Under the pieces are notes generated by a model. That model had not been told where the DNA came from, made no database searches, and saw only the letters and a program-made list of their open reading frames with translations. A stretch of DNA of 64,000 nt from NCBI GenBank assembly GCA_965219085.1, contig OZ244720.1, positions 3,241,962-3,305,961 on the forward strand, read 5' to 3'. Of the stretch, positions 38,048-47,509 are shown one piece after another. The stretch comes from Dehalococcoidia bacterium (GTDB taxonomy: Bacteria > Chloroflexota > Dehalococcoidia > UBA2979). The position numbers and the translations under genes are program-made. Numbering within the stretch: position 1 is the stretch's first letter; each line of letters opens with the position of its first letter.

Positions 38048-38768
38048 CCTGGGCCGTGGAGCGCCCGCGGACCGCCGATCGTGCCGCCAGCACGGCCAGC
38101 GCTGCGACGGCCACGATCGCCCCGACGACGAGTCCCGTGGGCGGCCCGCTCGGCGGTTGACTGTGTGCGCTGAGCACGCGCGCTTCCGCGGCAGTGATGT
38201 CGAGCTCCCACACCGCCTCGCCGGCCTCGACGCGATCGGCGTTGTGTTCCGTCAACTTGCCCGGCAACGAGAGGCGCACGGTGTACGAGAGGCCCTGGTC
38301 CAGCGCATCCAGGGCTTGCGGATCATCCAGACCGACCAGGTCGTCGCGCGGTGGTTCCACGACGAGCTCAAAGCGCCATCCCTCGCCCTCGCGTTCGACC
38401 TGCAGCTGCTCGGCGGCCTGCCACACCTCGTCGACCCCGCCGAGGAATTCGACTATGCGCGTCATGTCGGGAACCGTGATGGTGAGGCGCTCTCCGCTGA
38501 ATCCGTCTTCCCGGTACTCCTCGACAATCGCACCTGGAATGTGGCGGATGTCACCGAGGAAACTCCCGTCGTCGTTTGCCGGTCCTCCGATCTCCACCAG
38601 CGCATCGATAAATTCGTCGCTCAGCGCCATGACCACCGCGACAGCGCCCGAGCCGTCGTCATCCACGGTGAACGAGATTTCGACGCGGATGCAGCCGGTG
38701 AGCACGACGGCGCACAGCGCGAGCAACAGGGCGGTCCACCGTGAGCACCTGCGGGGGACAGACGTCAT
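38043..38768 (-). CDS. LppM/DUF3153-like lipoprotein with C-terminal TM
   Basis: Lipobox LTGC, ISFTVDDDGSG, LSLPGKLTEHNAD, C-terminal hydrophobic anchor. Confidence 0.75.
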   Translation of the reverse strand: MTSVPRRCSRWTALLLALCAVVLTGCIRVEISFTVDDDGSGAVAVVMALSDEFIDALVEIGGPANDDGSFLGDIRHIPGAIVEEYREDGFSGERLTITVPDMTRIVEFLGGVDEVWQAAEQLQVEREGEGWRFELVVEPPRDDLVGLDDPQALDALDQGLSYTVRLSLPGKLTEHNADRVEAGEAVWELDITAAEARVLSAHSQPPSGPPTGLVVGAIVAVAALAVLAARSAVRGRSTAQV

Positions 38769-38791
38769 AATGGTATGACAGCAGGAGATTG

Positions 38792-40624
38792 TTAGCGCCG
38801 CCCGAACGAGCGCCGCACCTGCTCGCTGCTGAGCCGCAGCAGCGTGGGGCGGCCGTGCGGGCACGTCTGCGGGTGCTCGCACGCCTCGAGCTGCCGCAGC
38901 AGCTCGCGCTGCTGCTCCCCTGCCAGCAGGTCGCCGGCGCGCACCGCCGAGCGGCACGCGAGGCTCGCCGCGGCGCGCTCCGGCCCCGACAGCCGCTCCT
39001 CCGCCTCCATGCGGTCGAGCAGGTCGCGCAGCGCCTGGGCGGGGTCGCGCCCGGCCAGCGCGGCCGGCACGGCGCGCACGATCAGCGCCGCCCCGTCCGT
39101 CGGCTCCAGCACGAAGCCGAGCGCCGCCAGCGCCTCCGCCTCCTCGGCGGCCAGCGCCGCCTGCGCCGCGCCGAGCGGCGCCAGCACGGCCTCCAGCAGC
39201 GGCTGCGAGGACGCCTCGCCGCGCGCCAGGCGCGCCCGCACCTGCTCGTAGCGCACACGCTCGTGCGCGGCGTGCTGGTCGACCAGGTAGAGCCCGTCGG
39301 GCGCCTCGGCCACCAGGAACGCCTCGTCGAACTGCCCGAGCGGGCGCAGCGCGGGCAGCCGCTCGGCGAGCGGCAGCGCCGCCTCGTCGCGCGGCTCGCC
39401 GGCCACTGCGGGCCGCGTCGAGGCATCGAACGGCGACGCCGGCCGCGCCGAGGCCAGCATGGCGCGCGCCTCGGCTGCGGCGCCTGCCCGGGCGGGAGGC
39501 TCAAACACCGGCGTTGCGAACGCAGGCGCGGCGGCCCCTGCCAGCGCGCCTCGCACCGCCGCCGTCACCGCCTGCGCCACGGCGCGCGCCTCGCGGAACC
39601 GCACCTCGGCCTTCGCCGGGTGCACGTTGACGTCGACCGCCGCGGGGTCGACCTCGACGCGCACGAGGCCGACCGGGTGGCGCGCGGACGGCAGCAGCCC
39701 TTCGTAGGCGCGCTCGGCGGCGAACGCCAGCGCGCGGTCGCTCACCGCCCGCCCGTTGACGACGACGTGCAGCGCCGAGCGGTTGCCGCGGTGCCGCTCC
39801 GGCGGTCCCACCAGCCCGCGCACCACGACCGGCCCGTGCTCGCCCGCGGCGGGTTCGTGATGGTCGAACGTGATCAGCGACGCGGCGAGGCCGTCGTCGT
39901 AGACCGCCGCCCACGCCGCGCGCTCCCCGCCCGCGCCGGGCGAGGCGAGCAGCACGCGGCCCTCGCTCTCGAGCCTGAGCGCCACCTCCGGCCGCGCCAG
40001 CGCGTAGCCGGCGACCACCTGCGCCACGGCGCGCGCCTCGGCCCGCGCGCTGCGCAGGAAGCGCCGCCTGGCCGGCAGCGCCGCGAACAGCCCGCGCACC
40101 TCGAAGGTGGTCCCCGGCGCCGCCGCCGCCGCGCCCTGCGGCAGCGCCCGCCCGTCCCGGAAGCGCGCCACCGCCGCCGCCGACTCGCCGCCCACGCGCG
40201 TCGTGCAGGTCACGTCGGCCGCCGCCGCGATCGCCGCCAGCGCCTCGCCGCGGAACCCCAGCGTGCGCACCGCGAACAGCTCCTCCGCCGCGCGCAGCTT
40301 CGAGGTCGCGTGCCGCTCGAAGGCGTCGGCGAGCTGCTCCGGTTCGATCCCGCGGCCGTCGTCGCGCACGCGGATGCGCTCCGCTCCGCCGCCCGCGATC
40401 GCCACCTCGATGCGCGCGGCGCCCGCGTCGAGCGCGTTCTCGAGCAGCTCCTTCACCACCGAGGCCGGGCGCTCGATCACCTCGCCTGCCGCGATCCGCG
40501 CCGCCACCTCCGGCGCCAGCACGCGGATCCGCGGCGCCCCGTCTGTTGCGGCCCCCGCGGGGTATCCCCGCGTCGAGGAGACTTCGGGGTATCCCCGCGT
40601 CCCGGAGACTTCTGTGGCCGTCAC
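38792..40624 (-). CDS. mutL: DNA mismatch repair endonuclease MutL
   Basis: IAAGEVIERPASVVKELLENALDAGA, GFRGEAL, DVNVHPAK, DQHAAHER, CPHGRP. Confidence 0.96.
   Translation of the reverse strand: MTATEVSGTRGYPEVSSTRGYPAGAATDGAPRIRVLAPEVAARIAAGEVIERPASVVKELLENALDAGAARIEVAIAGGGAERIRVRDDGRGIEPEQLADAFERHATSKLRAAEELFAVRTLGFRGEALAAIAAAADVTCTTRVGGESAAAVARFRDGRALPQGAAAAAPGTTFEVRGLFAALPARRRFLRSARAEARAVAQVVAGYALARPEVALRLESEGRVLLASPGAGGERAAWAAVYDDGLAASLITFDHHEPAAGEHGPVVVRGLVGPPERHRGNRSALHVVVNGRAVSDRALAFAAERAYEGLLPSARHPVGLVRVEVDPAAVDVNVHPAKAEVRFREARAVAQAVTAAVRGALAGAAAPAFATPVFEPPARAGAAAEARAMLASARPASPFDASTRPAVAGEPRDEAALPLAERLPALRPLGQFDEAFLVAEAPDGLYLVDQHAAHERVRYEQVRARLARGEASSQPLLEAVLAPLGAAQAALAAEEAEALAALGFVLEPTDGAALIVRAVPAALAGRDPAQALRDLLDRMEAEERLSGPERAAASLACRSAVRAGDLLAGEQQRELLRQLEACEHPQTCPHGRPTLLRLSSEQVRRSFGRR
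40558..40611. repeat. 27-bp tandem duplication (x2) in the 5' end of mutL
   Basis: CGGGGTATCCCCGCGTC(GA/CC)GGAGACTT twice, encoding EVS(G/S)TRGYP. Confidence 0.8.
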
Positions 40625-40626
40625 GC

Positions 40627-43320
40627 CTAGCCCTCGCGCCCGAGCCCGCGACGCGCCTCGGCGCGCAGCTCGTAGAGCCGCTGCAGCGCCTCGAGCGGGC
40701 TCAGCTCGTCGGGCTCGAGCCCCGCGACCGCCTCCGCGAGCGCGCGCTCCGCCGCGGACGCCGCCACCGGCAGCGCGAGCTGGGCCGGCGCGGCGGCCGC
40801 CCCGGGAGCACCGCCCCACGCGGCGCCGCCCTCGCCCGGCCGGCCGGCCTCGCCCCCTTCCAGCTGCGCGAGCAGCTCGCGGGCGCGCGCCACCACGGCG
40901 CGCGGCAGCCCCGCCAGCGCGGCGACGTGCACCCCGTAGGCGCGGTCGGCCGCGCCCTCGCTGATGCGATGCAGGAACACCACCTCGCCTGCGCGCTCGG
41001 CGACGGCGACCGAGCGGTTGGCGACGCGCGGCAGCAGCCCGGCCAGCGCCGTCAGCTCGCGGTAGTGCGTCGCGAAGAGCGTGCGCGGCGTCCCGCCGGG
41101 GCGGTGGTGCAGCGCCTCCACCACCGCGCGCGCGATCGCCAGTCCGTCGCCCGTCGAGGTGCCGCGCCCGACCTCGTCGAGCACCACCAGCGAGCGCTCC
41201 GTCGCGCGGCGCAGGATCTCCGCCGTCTCCACCATCTCGCGCATGAACGTCGAACGCCCCGCCGCCAGCTCGTCGCTGGCGCCGACGCGCGTGAAGACGC
41301 GGTCGGCCATGCCGATCTCGGCCCGCTCCGCCGGCACGTAGCAGCCGGCCTGCGCCATCAGCACGATCAGCGCCGTCTGCCGCAGGTACGTCGACTTCCC
41401 GCCCATGTTCGGGCCCGTCAGCACCACGATGTCCGGCGCCGCCCCGCCCAGTTCGCAGTCGTTGGGCACGAACGCGCCCGGTTCCATGCGCCGCTCGACC
41501 ACCGGGTGCCGGCCGCCCGCGATCGCGATCGGCCCCGCAGGGCGCAGCACGGGCCGCACGTAGCCGTGCTCAGACGCCACCTCGGCCAGCGCCGCGGCGA
41601 CGTCGAGCCGCGCCAGCGCCCGTGCAGCGCGCTCCACGGCCGCGCCGCAGGCCGCGACCTGCGCGCACAGCCGCTCCAGCGCCGCGCGCTCCGCCCCGGC
41701 GAGCTCCTCGCGCGCACCGAGAATGCGGTCCTCGAGCTCCGAGAGCGGCGCATGGCGGTAGCGCTGCGCCCCCGCCAGCGTCTGGCGCGGCTCGTAGTCG
41801 TCCGGCGCGCGATCCGCCTGCGAGCGCGGCAGCTCGAGGTAGTACCCGAACACGCGGTGATAGCCGACCTTGAGCGCCCCGAGCCCCGTGCGTGCCCGCT
41901 CCTGGGCCTCGAGCGCCGTGAGCGCCCCGCGCGCGTCCTCGGCGAGCGCGCGCAGCTCGTCCACCTCCGGCGCGAAGCCGGGGCGCAGCGACGCCCCGTC
42001 GCCGGCCTCCGCGGGCGGCTCCCCGGCGAGCCCCGCCGCCAGCGCCGCGTGCGCCTCGCCCGCGCCCGCGAGGTCCGCGGCGAGCGCGTCGAGCGCCCCG
42101 GTCCCCGTGGCGCGCGCCTGCCCCGCCGCCTCCGGCAGCGCGCCCAGCGCCGCGCGCAGCTGCGCGAGCTGGCGCGGCCCCGCGCTGCCCGCGCGCACCC
42201 GCCCCAGCAGCCGCTCGGGGTCCGGCAGCCCGCGCAGCACCCGCCTCAGCGCCGCGCGCTCCAGCGGCGCCTCCAGCCACGCCTGCACCTCGTCGAGCCG
42301 CCGCCCGGCCTCGGCGGCGTCGCGCCCGGGGCGCGCCAGCCGCGCGCGCAGCAGCCGCCCGCCCGGCCCCGTGCGCGTGCGGTCCAGCACCGCGATCAGC
42401 GCCGCGTCCGGCCCCGCCGGCGACTCGAACAGCTCCAGCGTGCGCACCGTCTGCGGGTCCAGCTCGAGGTGGTCGCCGGAGGCGATCACGCGCGGCTCGC
42501 GCAGGTTGCGCAGCGCCTGCGGCCAGCCCTCGGCGAGATACGCCAGCAGCGCCCCCGCCGCCGCCACGGCCGGCTCCATCCCGCGCAGCCCGAAGCCCTC
42601 GACGTCCGCGACGCCGTACTGCCCGCACAGCGCGCGGGCCGCCTCGCCCGGGGCGAACTGCCGCGCCGGCCGCTCCGTGCGCCGCGCCGCCCCGGCCGCG
42701 CCCTCCGGCAGCGTGTCCTCGGCCCCGTGCGCCCCGTGCGCCGCCTCGGGCACGAGCATCTCACGCGGCGCGCGCCGCGCCAGCTCCCCGGCGAGCGCGG
42801 CGCCCTCCACGACCATGCACTCCAGCTCGCCCGTGGTGACGTCGCACGCCGCGAGCCCGAAGCGCTCGCCGCCAACCCCGTTGGCCCCACCGACAGCGGC
42901 ATCGCTGGCCGCGCCGTTGGCAGCGCCGGCCGGCGCGACCGCGACGAGCCAGTTATGTCCGCCCGCCGGGAGCAGCGCGCCCTCCTCGACGGTCCCCGGC
43001 GTGACGACGCGCACAACGCGACGCTCGACGAGGCTCCGCCCGTCGGGCTCGGAGGTCTGCTCGGCGAGCGCGACGCGGTGGCCCGCCCCAACGAGCTGGT
43101 CGAGGTAGCGTTCGAGCGCGTGGTGCGGCACCCCGGCCATCGGCACGCGGCCCTCGGCCTTGCCGAGCGGCCGCGAGGTGAGCGCGATTCCGAGCGTCTC
43201 CGCCAGGACCGCGGCGTCTGCGTCGAACGCCTCATAGAAATCGCCCATGCGGAACAGCAGCAGCGCGTCCGGGTGCTGCGCCTTGAGCGCGAGGTACTGT
43301 CTGCGGACGGGGGTGGACAC
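40627..43320 (-). CDS. mutS: DNA mismatch repair protein MutS
   Basis: FRMGDFYE, TGPNMGGKSTYLRQ, STFMREM, DEVGRGTST, FATHY. Confidence 0.97.
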   Translation of the reverse strand: MSTPVRRQYLALKAQHPDALLLFRMGDFYEAFDADAAVLAETLGIALTSRPLGKAEGRVPMAGVPHHALERYLDQLVGAGHRVALAEQTSEPDGRSLVERRVVRVVTPGTVEEGALLPAGGHNWLVAVAPAGAANGAASDAAVGGANGVGGERFGLAACDVTTGELECMVVEGAALAGELARRAPREMLVPEAAHGAHGAEDTLPEGAAGAARRTERPARQFAPGEAARALCGQYGVADVEGFGLRGMEPAVAAAGALLAYLAEGWPQALRNLREPRVIASGDHLELDPQTVRTLELFESPAGPDAALIAVLDRTRTGPGGRLLRARLARPGRDAAEAGRRLDEVQAWLEAPLERAALRRVLRGLPDPERLLGRVRAGSAGPRQLAQLRAALGALPEAAGQARATGTGALDALAADLAGAGEAHAALAAGLAGEPPAEAGDGASLRPGFAPEVDELRALAEDARGALTALEAQERARTGLGALKVGYHRVFGYYLELPRSQADRAPDDYEPRQTLAGAQRYRHAPLSELEDRILGAREELAGAERAALERLCAQVAACGAAVERAARALARLDVAAALAEVASEHGYVRPVLRPAGPIAIAGGRHPVVERRMEPGAFVPNDCELGGAAPDIVVLTGPNMGGKSTYLRQTALIVLMAQAGCYVPAERAEIGMADRVFTRVGASDELAAGRSTFMREMVETAEILRRATERSLVVLDEVGRGTSTGDGLAIARAVVEALHHRPGGTPRTLFATHYRELTALAGLLPRVANRSVAVAERAGEVVFLHRISEGAADRAYGVHVAALAGLPRAVVARARELLAQLEGGEAGRPGEGGAAWGGAPGAAAAPAQLALPVAASAAERALAEAVAGLEPDELSPLEALQRLYELRAEARRGLGREG

Positions 43321-43448
43321 GGAACGGCGCGCGTCTTCCCGGGGAGACCGTCAGTCTAGCGCACTTGTTCCCCGCTCCCAAGGCGGCCGTCCACACGCCG
43401 TCCACAACGGGAGCCGGCGGGGCGCCGGTGCGAGGGGCCGAGGACGCG

Positions 43449-45350
43449 CTACGTGACCGCGCGCGCCCCGGCCAGCGCGACGAGGTCGTCGCGGGCGATG
43501 CCGCGCGGGGCCAGGTCGTGGCAGGCGCCGCAGCGCACGCACGTGGTCTCGTCGAGCGTGTAGCCGCCGCGCGGGGAGCCCCGGATGGCGTCGACGGGGC
43601 AGATCAGCCGCGCCGCCTCGAGCCGCGGGTCGTCCTGGTCCGCGACGCGGTAACGCACGAACCCGCGGCCCTCGAGGCGCTGGTCGGCCGCCGCCACGTG
43701 GGCCTCGAACTCCTCGGAGAAGAAGCGCAGCGTGTTGCGCATGATCGTCGGGCTGGCCGATCCGTGCACGCAGTTCGAGTACTGCAGCGCGTCGCCGACC
43801 ATCTCGAGGTTGTGGCGGTCCTCGGGCCGCCCGCCGCCCGCGAGCACGCGCCGGAACACCTCGGTCATGCGCTGGTTGCCGTGGTGGCACGTGGTGCAGC
43901 GCCCGCACGACTCGTCCTCGAGGAACTCGGCGAACATCAGGTTGAGCTCGATCGAGTTGGCGTCCTCGCCGACGAAGACGATCCCGCCCGCGCCGATCAG
44001 CGTGCCGTGCTGCGCGAACGCCTCGCGCTCCAGCACGAGCGAGTCGGCGAGGCTGGCCGGCAGGTAGCCCGCGAGCGGGCCGCCCGGCTGGATCGCCTTG
44101 AGCGCGCCCGGGGCGCCTGAGCGCGTCGTCGCGCCGCCGAGGGCGGTAATGACGTCGTTCATCGCCACCCCGTAGGGCAGCTCCATGAAGCCGGTGCGCG
44201 CGATGTCGCCCGAGAACGAGAAGATCTTCGTGCCCGCGTTCGTCGCCGTGCCGAGCTCGCGGTACCACTCCGCGCCGTGCTCGAGCACGAGCGCCGCGCT
44301 CGCGTAAGTCTCGACGTTGTTGACGTTGGTCGGCTTGTAGAAGACACCCGACTGCGCCGGGAACGGCGGCTTGATGCGCGGCATCCCGCGGTCGTCCTGG
44401 ATCGAGGCGATCAGCCCCGTCTCCTCGCCGCACACGTACGCGCCGGCCCCCACGACCACCTCGAGCGTGCACGAGAAGCCGCTGCCGAGGATGTGCTCGC
44501 CCAGCAGCCCCGCCGCCTCGGCCTCCTCGATCGCGTGGCGCATGCGCTCGATCGCCAGCGGGTACTCGCTGCGGATGTAGAGGAAGCCGTGGATTGCGCT
44601 CGTGGCGTGGGCGGCGATGAGCATGCCCTCGATCACGACGTGCGGGTCGCCCTCGAGCAGCACGCGGTTCACCCACGCGCCGGGGTCGCCCTCGTCGGCG
44701 TTGCACACCAGATAACGTTCAGCGTCGGCGGCGCCGGCGAGGAAGTTCCACTTCACGCCCGCCGGGAAGAACGCCCCGCCCTTGCCGAGCAGCTGCGCGT
44801 CCTGCTGGAGCTGCCGCACGGCCTCGGGGCCGTGGTGGCGGTCGAGCATGCGCGACAGCGCGTGGTAGCCGCCGGTCGCGACGTAGTGGTCGATCTCGTC
44901 GGGGTTCGAGTGGCCGATGCGCTGCAGCAGCCGCCGCTCGTCCTCGCAGGCGAGGTACGGGTGCTCCCCGATGCGCGGGATGCCGGGCCGCGAGCCGGAC
45001 AGCACGCCGACGGCGAGCTCGGCGGCCGCGCCGACGAGTCCCGCGGCCTCGTCGAGCAGCAGCCCGACCTGCGCGGGCCCCACCGGTCCGTAGAGCACGC
45101 GCGTACCGTCGGGCCAGGCGATCGTCGCCAGTGGCTGCAGCCACTGTAGCCCGTAGCCGTGCACGATGGCGGTGTCGGCCGCCGCCGCGCGCTCCTCGAT
45201 CGCGGCCTCCAGCGCGTCGCGCGTGCGCCCCGCGCCCGCGGCCAGCGAGGAGGTGTCCCAGGCGAGGTCGATGCGCGGCCGCTCGGGGTGGCGCCACGCC
45301 TCCCAGACGGCGTCGGCCTGCTCGCGCAGCGCGTCGTAGGCTCCCGGCAC
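43449..45350 (-). CDS. NuoF/HoxF/HydB-like NADH-binding flavin Fe-S subunit
   Basis: GKGGAFFPAGVKW, CNADEGDPG, GAGAYVCGEETGL, NNVET, ESCGRCTTC. Confidence 0.9.
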   Translation of the reverse strand: MPGAYDALREQADAVWEAWRHPERPRIDLAWDTSSLAAGAGRTRDALEAAIEERAAAADTAIVHGYGLQWLQPLATIAWPDGTRVLYGPVGPAQVGLLLDEAAGLVGAAAELAVGVLSGSRPGIPRIGEHPYLACEDERRLLQRIGHSNPDEIDHYVATGGYHALSRMLDRHHGPEAVRQLQQDAQLLGKGGAFFPAGVKWNFLAGAADAERYLVCNADEGDPGAWVNRVLLEGDPHVVIEGMLIAAHATSAIHGFLYIRSEYPLAIERMRHAIEEAEAAGLLGEHILGSGFSCTLEVVVGAGAYVCGEETGLIASIQDDRGMPRIKPPFPAQSGVFYKPTNVNNVETYASAALVLEHGAEWYRELGTATNAGTKIFSFSGDIARTGFMELPYGVAMNDVITALGGATTRSGAPGALKAIQPGGPLAGYLPASLADSLVLEREAFAQHGTLIGAGGIVFVGEDANSIELNLMFAEFLEDESCGRCTTCHHGNQRMTEVFRRVLAGGGRPEDRHNLEMVGDALQYSNCVHGSASPTIMRNTLRFFSEEFEAHVAAADQRLEGRGFVRYRVADQDDPRLEAARLICPVDAIRGSPRGGYTLDETTCVRCGACHDLAPRGIARDDLVALAGARAVT

Positions 45351-45352
45351 GG

Positions 45353-45895
45353 CTAGCCTCCGGTCCCGTCTAGCGCGTTCCCGTCGGCGCCGTCGTCCGG
45401 CCAGCCGAGCGTGTCAGGGTCTGTCCCGTCGCGCAGCGCGCGGGCGATCTCGACGGCGCGCGCGGCGTTGAGCTTGCCGACGACGCGTTCCTGCAGCCAC
45501 ACCTGCGGCGCCTGCTCGCAGGTGCCGTTGCACTGCCCCAGCGTGAAAGCGACGCGCCCGTCCGGGCTGTCCTCGCCGAGCGCGCAGCCGAAGACCGCCT
45601 CGAAGGCGGCGCGGATGCCGCTCGCGTTGCGCAGCCGGCACGCGGGGCCTGAGCACCACGCGAGCGTGACCGGCGGCGGCGGGGTGGTGCGGAAGTCCGC
45701 GTAGTACGTGGTCGCGCCGTAGACGTGCGCCGCCGTGAGCCGCAGCTGCTCCGCGACGACCTCCATGGCCTCGCGCGAGATGTAGCCGTAGCGGTGGTGG
45801 ATGCGGTGCAGCGCCTCGAGCAGGTCGCCGTCGTCCGGCTTGAGCCCGTCGAGCAGTGCGCGCAACTCGGCCCGCGCCTCGGTTTCGAGCGGCAT
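45353..45895 (-). CDS. NuoE/HoxE/HydC-like [2Fe-2S] subunit
   Basis: LHRIHHRYGYI, VYGATTYY, CSGPAC...CNGTCEQAP. Confidence 0.9.
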   Translation of the reverse strand: MPLETEARAELRALLDGLKPDDGDLLEALHRIHHRYGYISREAMEVVAEQLRLTAAHVYGATTYYADFRTTPPPPVTLAWCSGPACRLRNASGIRAAFEAVFGCALGEDSPDGRVAFTLGQCNGTCEQAPQVWLQERVVGKLNAARAVEIARALRDGTDPDTLGWPDDGADGNALDGTGG

Positions 45896-46002
45896 GCGTC
45901 GACCCGTCCTCCGCGCGATCCGTAGTCCGCGACGATGATAGGCAGGCGGCCCCGCGCGGACAAGAACGGCCGGCGACCGCGGCGCTCGCGGCGCTCCCTT
46001 AC

Positions 46003-46407
46003 TTACTCGTCCTCGGTCTCGGCCGCCTCGTTGCGCAGCATCTCCACCAGCGCCTCCGCGCTGCGCGCCGCGAGGAACGCGACCGTGTTGGTGGGATCGA
46101 GCGCGGCGCCGCGCAGATAGGCAGACTCCCGGTCGAGGCGCTCGGCCACGCGGAGCATGACCGCCTCCGCGTAGGCGTGCCCCGGTGCTTCCTCCATGCT
46201 CGCGTCCGCCTCGCCGGCGGATACGAAGCTGCCGATCCGCGCGTAGAGCGCCGCGAGCCACACCGTCAGGTCCGCCGCCGGTTCGTCCAGGGCTTCCTCG
46301 AACTCCCGCGAGAGATCGACCAGCACCTCGGCGAGCGCGGCGGAGGCGGCCGCCTCGACGAGTTCGAGTCCCGCGTCTGATCCCTTGCCCGGCTCGTCGG
46401 CAGTCAT
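46003..46407 (-). CDS. Hypothetical acidic protein
   Basis: 134-aa ORF with GAGG RBS, co-oriented with its neighbours. Confidence 0.6.
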   Translation of the reverse strand: MTADEPGKGSDAGLELVEAAASAALAEVLVDLSREFEEALDEPAADLTVWLAALYARIGSFVSAGEADASMEEAPGHAYAEAVMLRVAERLDRESAYLRGAALDPTNTVAFLAARSAEALVEMLRNEAAETEDE

Positions 46408-46433
46408 GCGGACACCTCGCGCCCAGTCCGCCG

Positions 46434-47366
46434 CTAGAAGACGATCACGCAGCGCCCGCGCGTGCCCCCTGCCTCGAGGCGCGCGTGCGCAGCGGCGGCC
46501 TGCTCGGCCTCGTACGTCGCGGCCACCCGCAGCGTGAGCGTGCCGTCTTCGGCCTGCCTGCGCAGGCGGTCGAGCAGGTCCGCACGGTGGTCGTAGCTCG
46601 TCACCATCGTGCGGTGGAAGGCGACGCCGCGCTCGCCGTTACCGCCCCACCCGCGCACCGAGGCGAAGCCGCCGCCGTCGCGCACGGCCGGCGCCACGAG
46701 CTCGGACTGCACCGCGCCGTCGGCGAGCCCGTCGACGCCGCCGGGCGCGGCCTCGCGGAAGCGCCCGGCCACGTCGTCGCCGCGCCGCACGACCACGTCG
46801 GCGCCGAGGCCGGCAACAAGCTGCTCGTCGGCCTCGGAGGCGTCGGCGATGACGCGCAGCCCCTCGGCCTTCGCGAGCTGCACGACGTAGCCGCCGTAGC
46901 AGCCCGCCGCGCCCGTGACGGCGATGGTCTGGCCGGGCCGAAGCGCGAGCTGGTCGAGCGACTGGCGCGCCGTCAGCCCGTTCATCGGCAGCGTGCACGC
47001 CTCGACGTGGCTCGCGCCCTCCGGGGCGCGCACGACCGCGTCGGCGGACAGCACGATGCTCTCGCGGTATGCGCCCTGGCTGGCGTTCGGGACGACCATC
47101 GCCATCACCGCGTCGCCGACCGCGAAGTCGGTGTCCGGCCCGACCTCGTCGATGACGCCCGCGAGGTCCATGCCGGGGATGTAGGGCGGCGGGACCTCGC
47201 GCAGCGCGGCGGCGCGTCCGCCGTTGCGCAGCATGGTGTCGGTGGGATTGACGGCGACGGCGTGGACGCGGATGCGCACCTCGCCGGCCCCGGCGTGCAC
47301 CTCGGGCAGGTCGACGACCTGCAGCGCCTCCGGCCCCCCGAACTCGATCACCCCGACTCCACGCAT
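46434..47366 (-). CDS. NADPH:quinone reductase / Zn-independent MDR oxidoreductase
   Basis: [40 protein letters not shown]. Confidence 0.9.
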   Translation of the reverse strand: MRGVGVIEFGGPEALQVVDLPEVHAGAGEVRIRVHAVAVNPTDTMLRNGGRAAALREVPPPYIPGMDLAGVIDEVGPDTDFAVGDAVMAMVVPNASQGAYRESIVLSADAVVRAPEGASHVEACTLPMNGLTARQSLDQLALRPGQTIAVTGAAGCYGGYVVQLAKAEGLRVIADASEADEQLVAGLGADVVVRRGDDVAGRFREAAPGGVDGLADGAVQSELVAPAVRDGGGFASVRGWGGNGERGVAFHRTMVTSYDHRADLLDRLRRQAEDGTLTLRVAATYEAEQAAAAHARLEAGGTRGRCVIVF

Positions 47367-47509
47367 GGCTCGCCTCCTCGATGCTTTCGACGCGGCGACC
47401 ACGGTACATCGCCGCGCGCTTGTGGCGGCACGACCGTCACGCGCGCCGTGCTCCGGCGCGCCGGGGGTGGGTGGGGTAATTCCGATACCGCTCGCCGTAC
47501 GATGCTTCC

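Noticed and set aside
40558-40611. CRISPR-like palindromic repeat (TATCCCCGCG)
   Set aside because: Only two adjacent units, no unique spacers, in frame within mutL, and no cas genes in the window.
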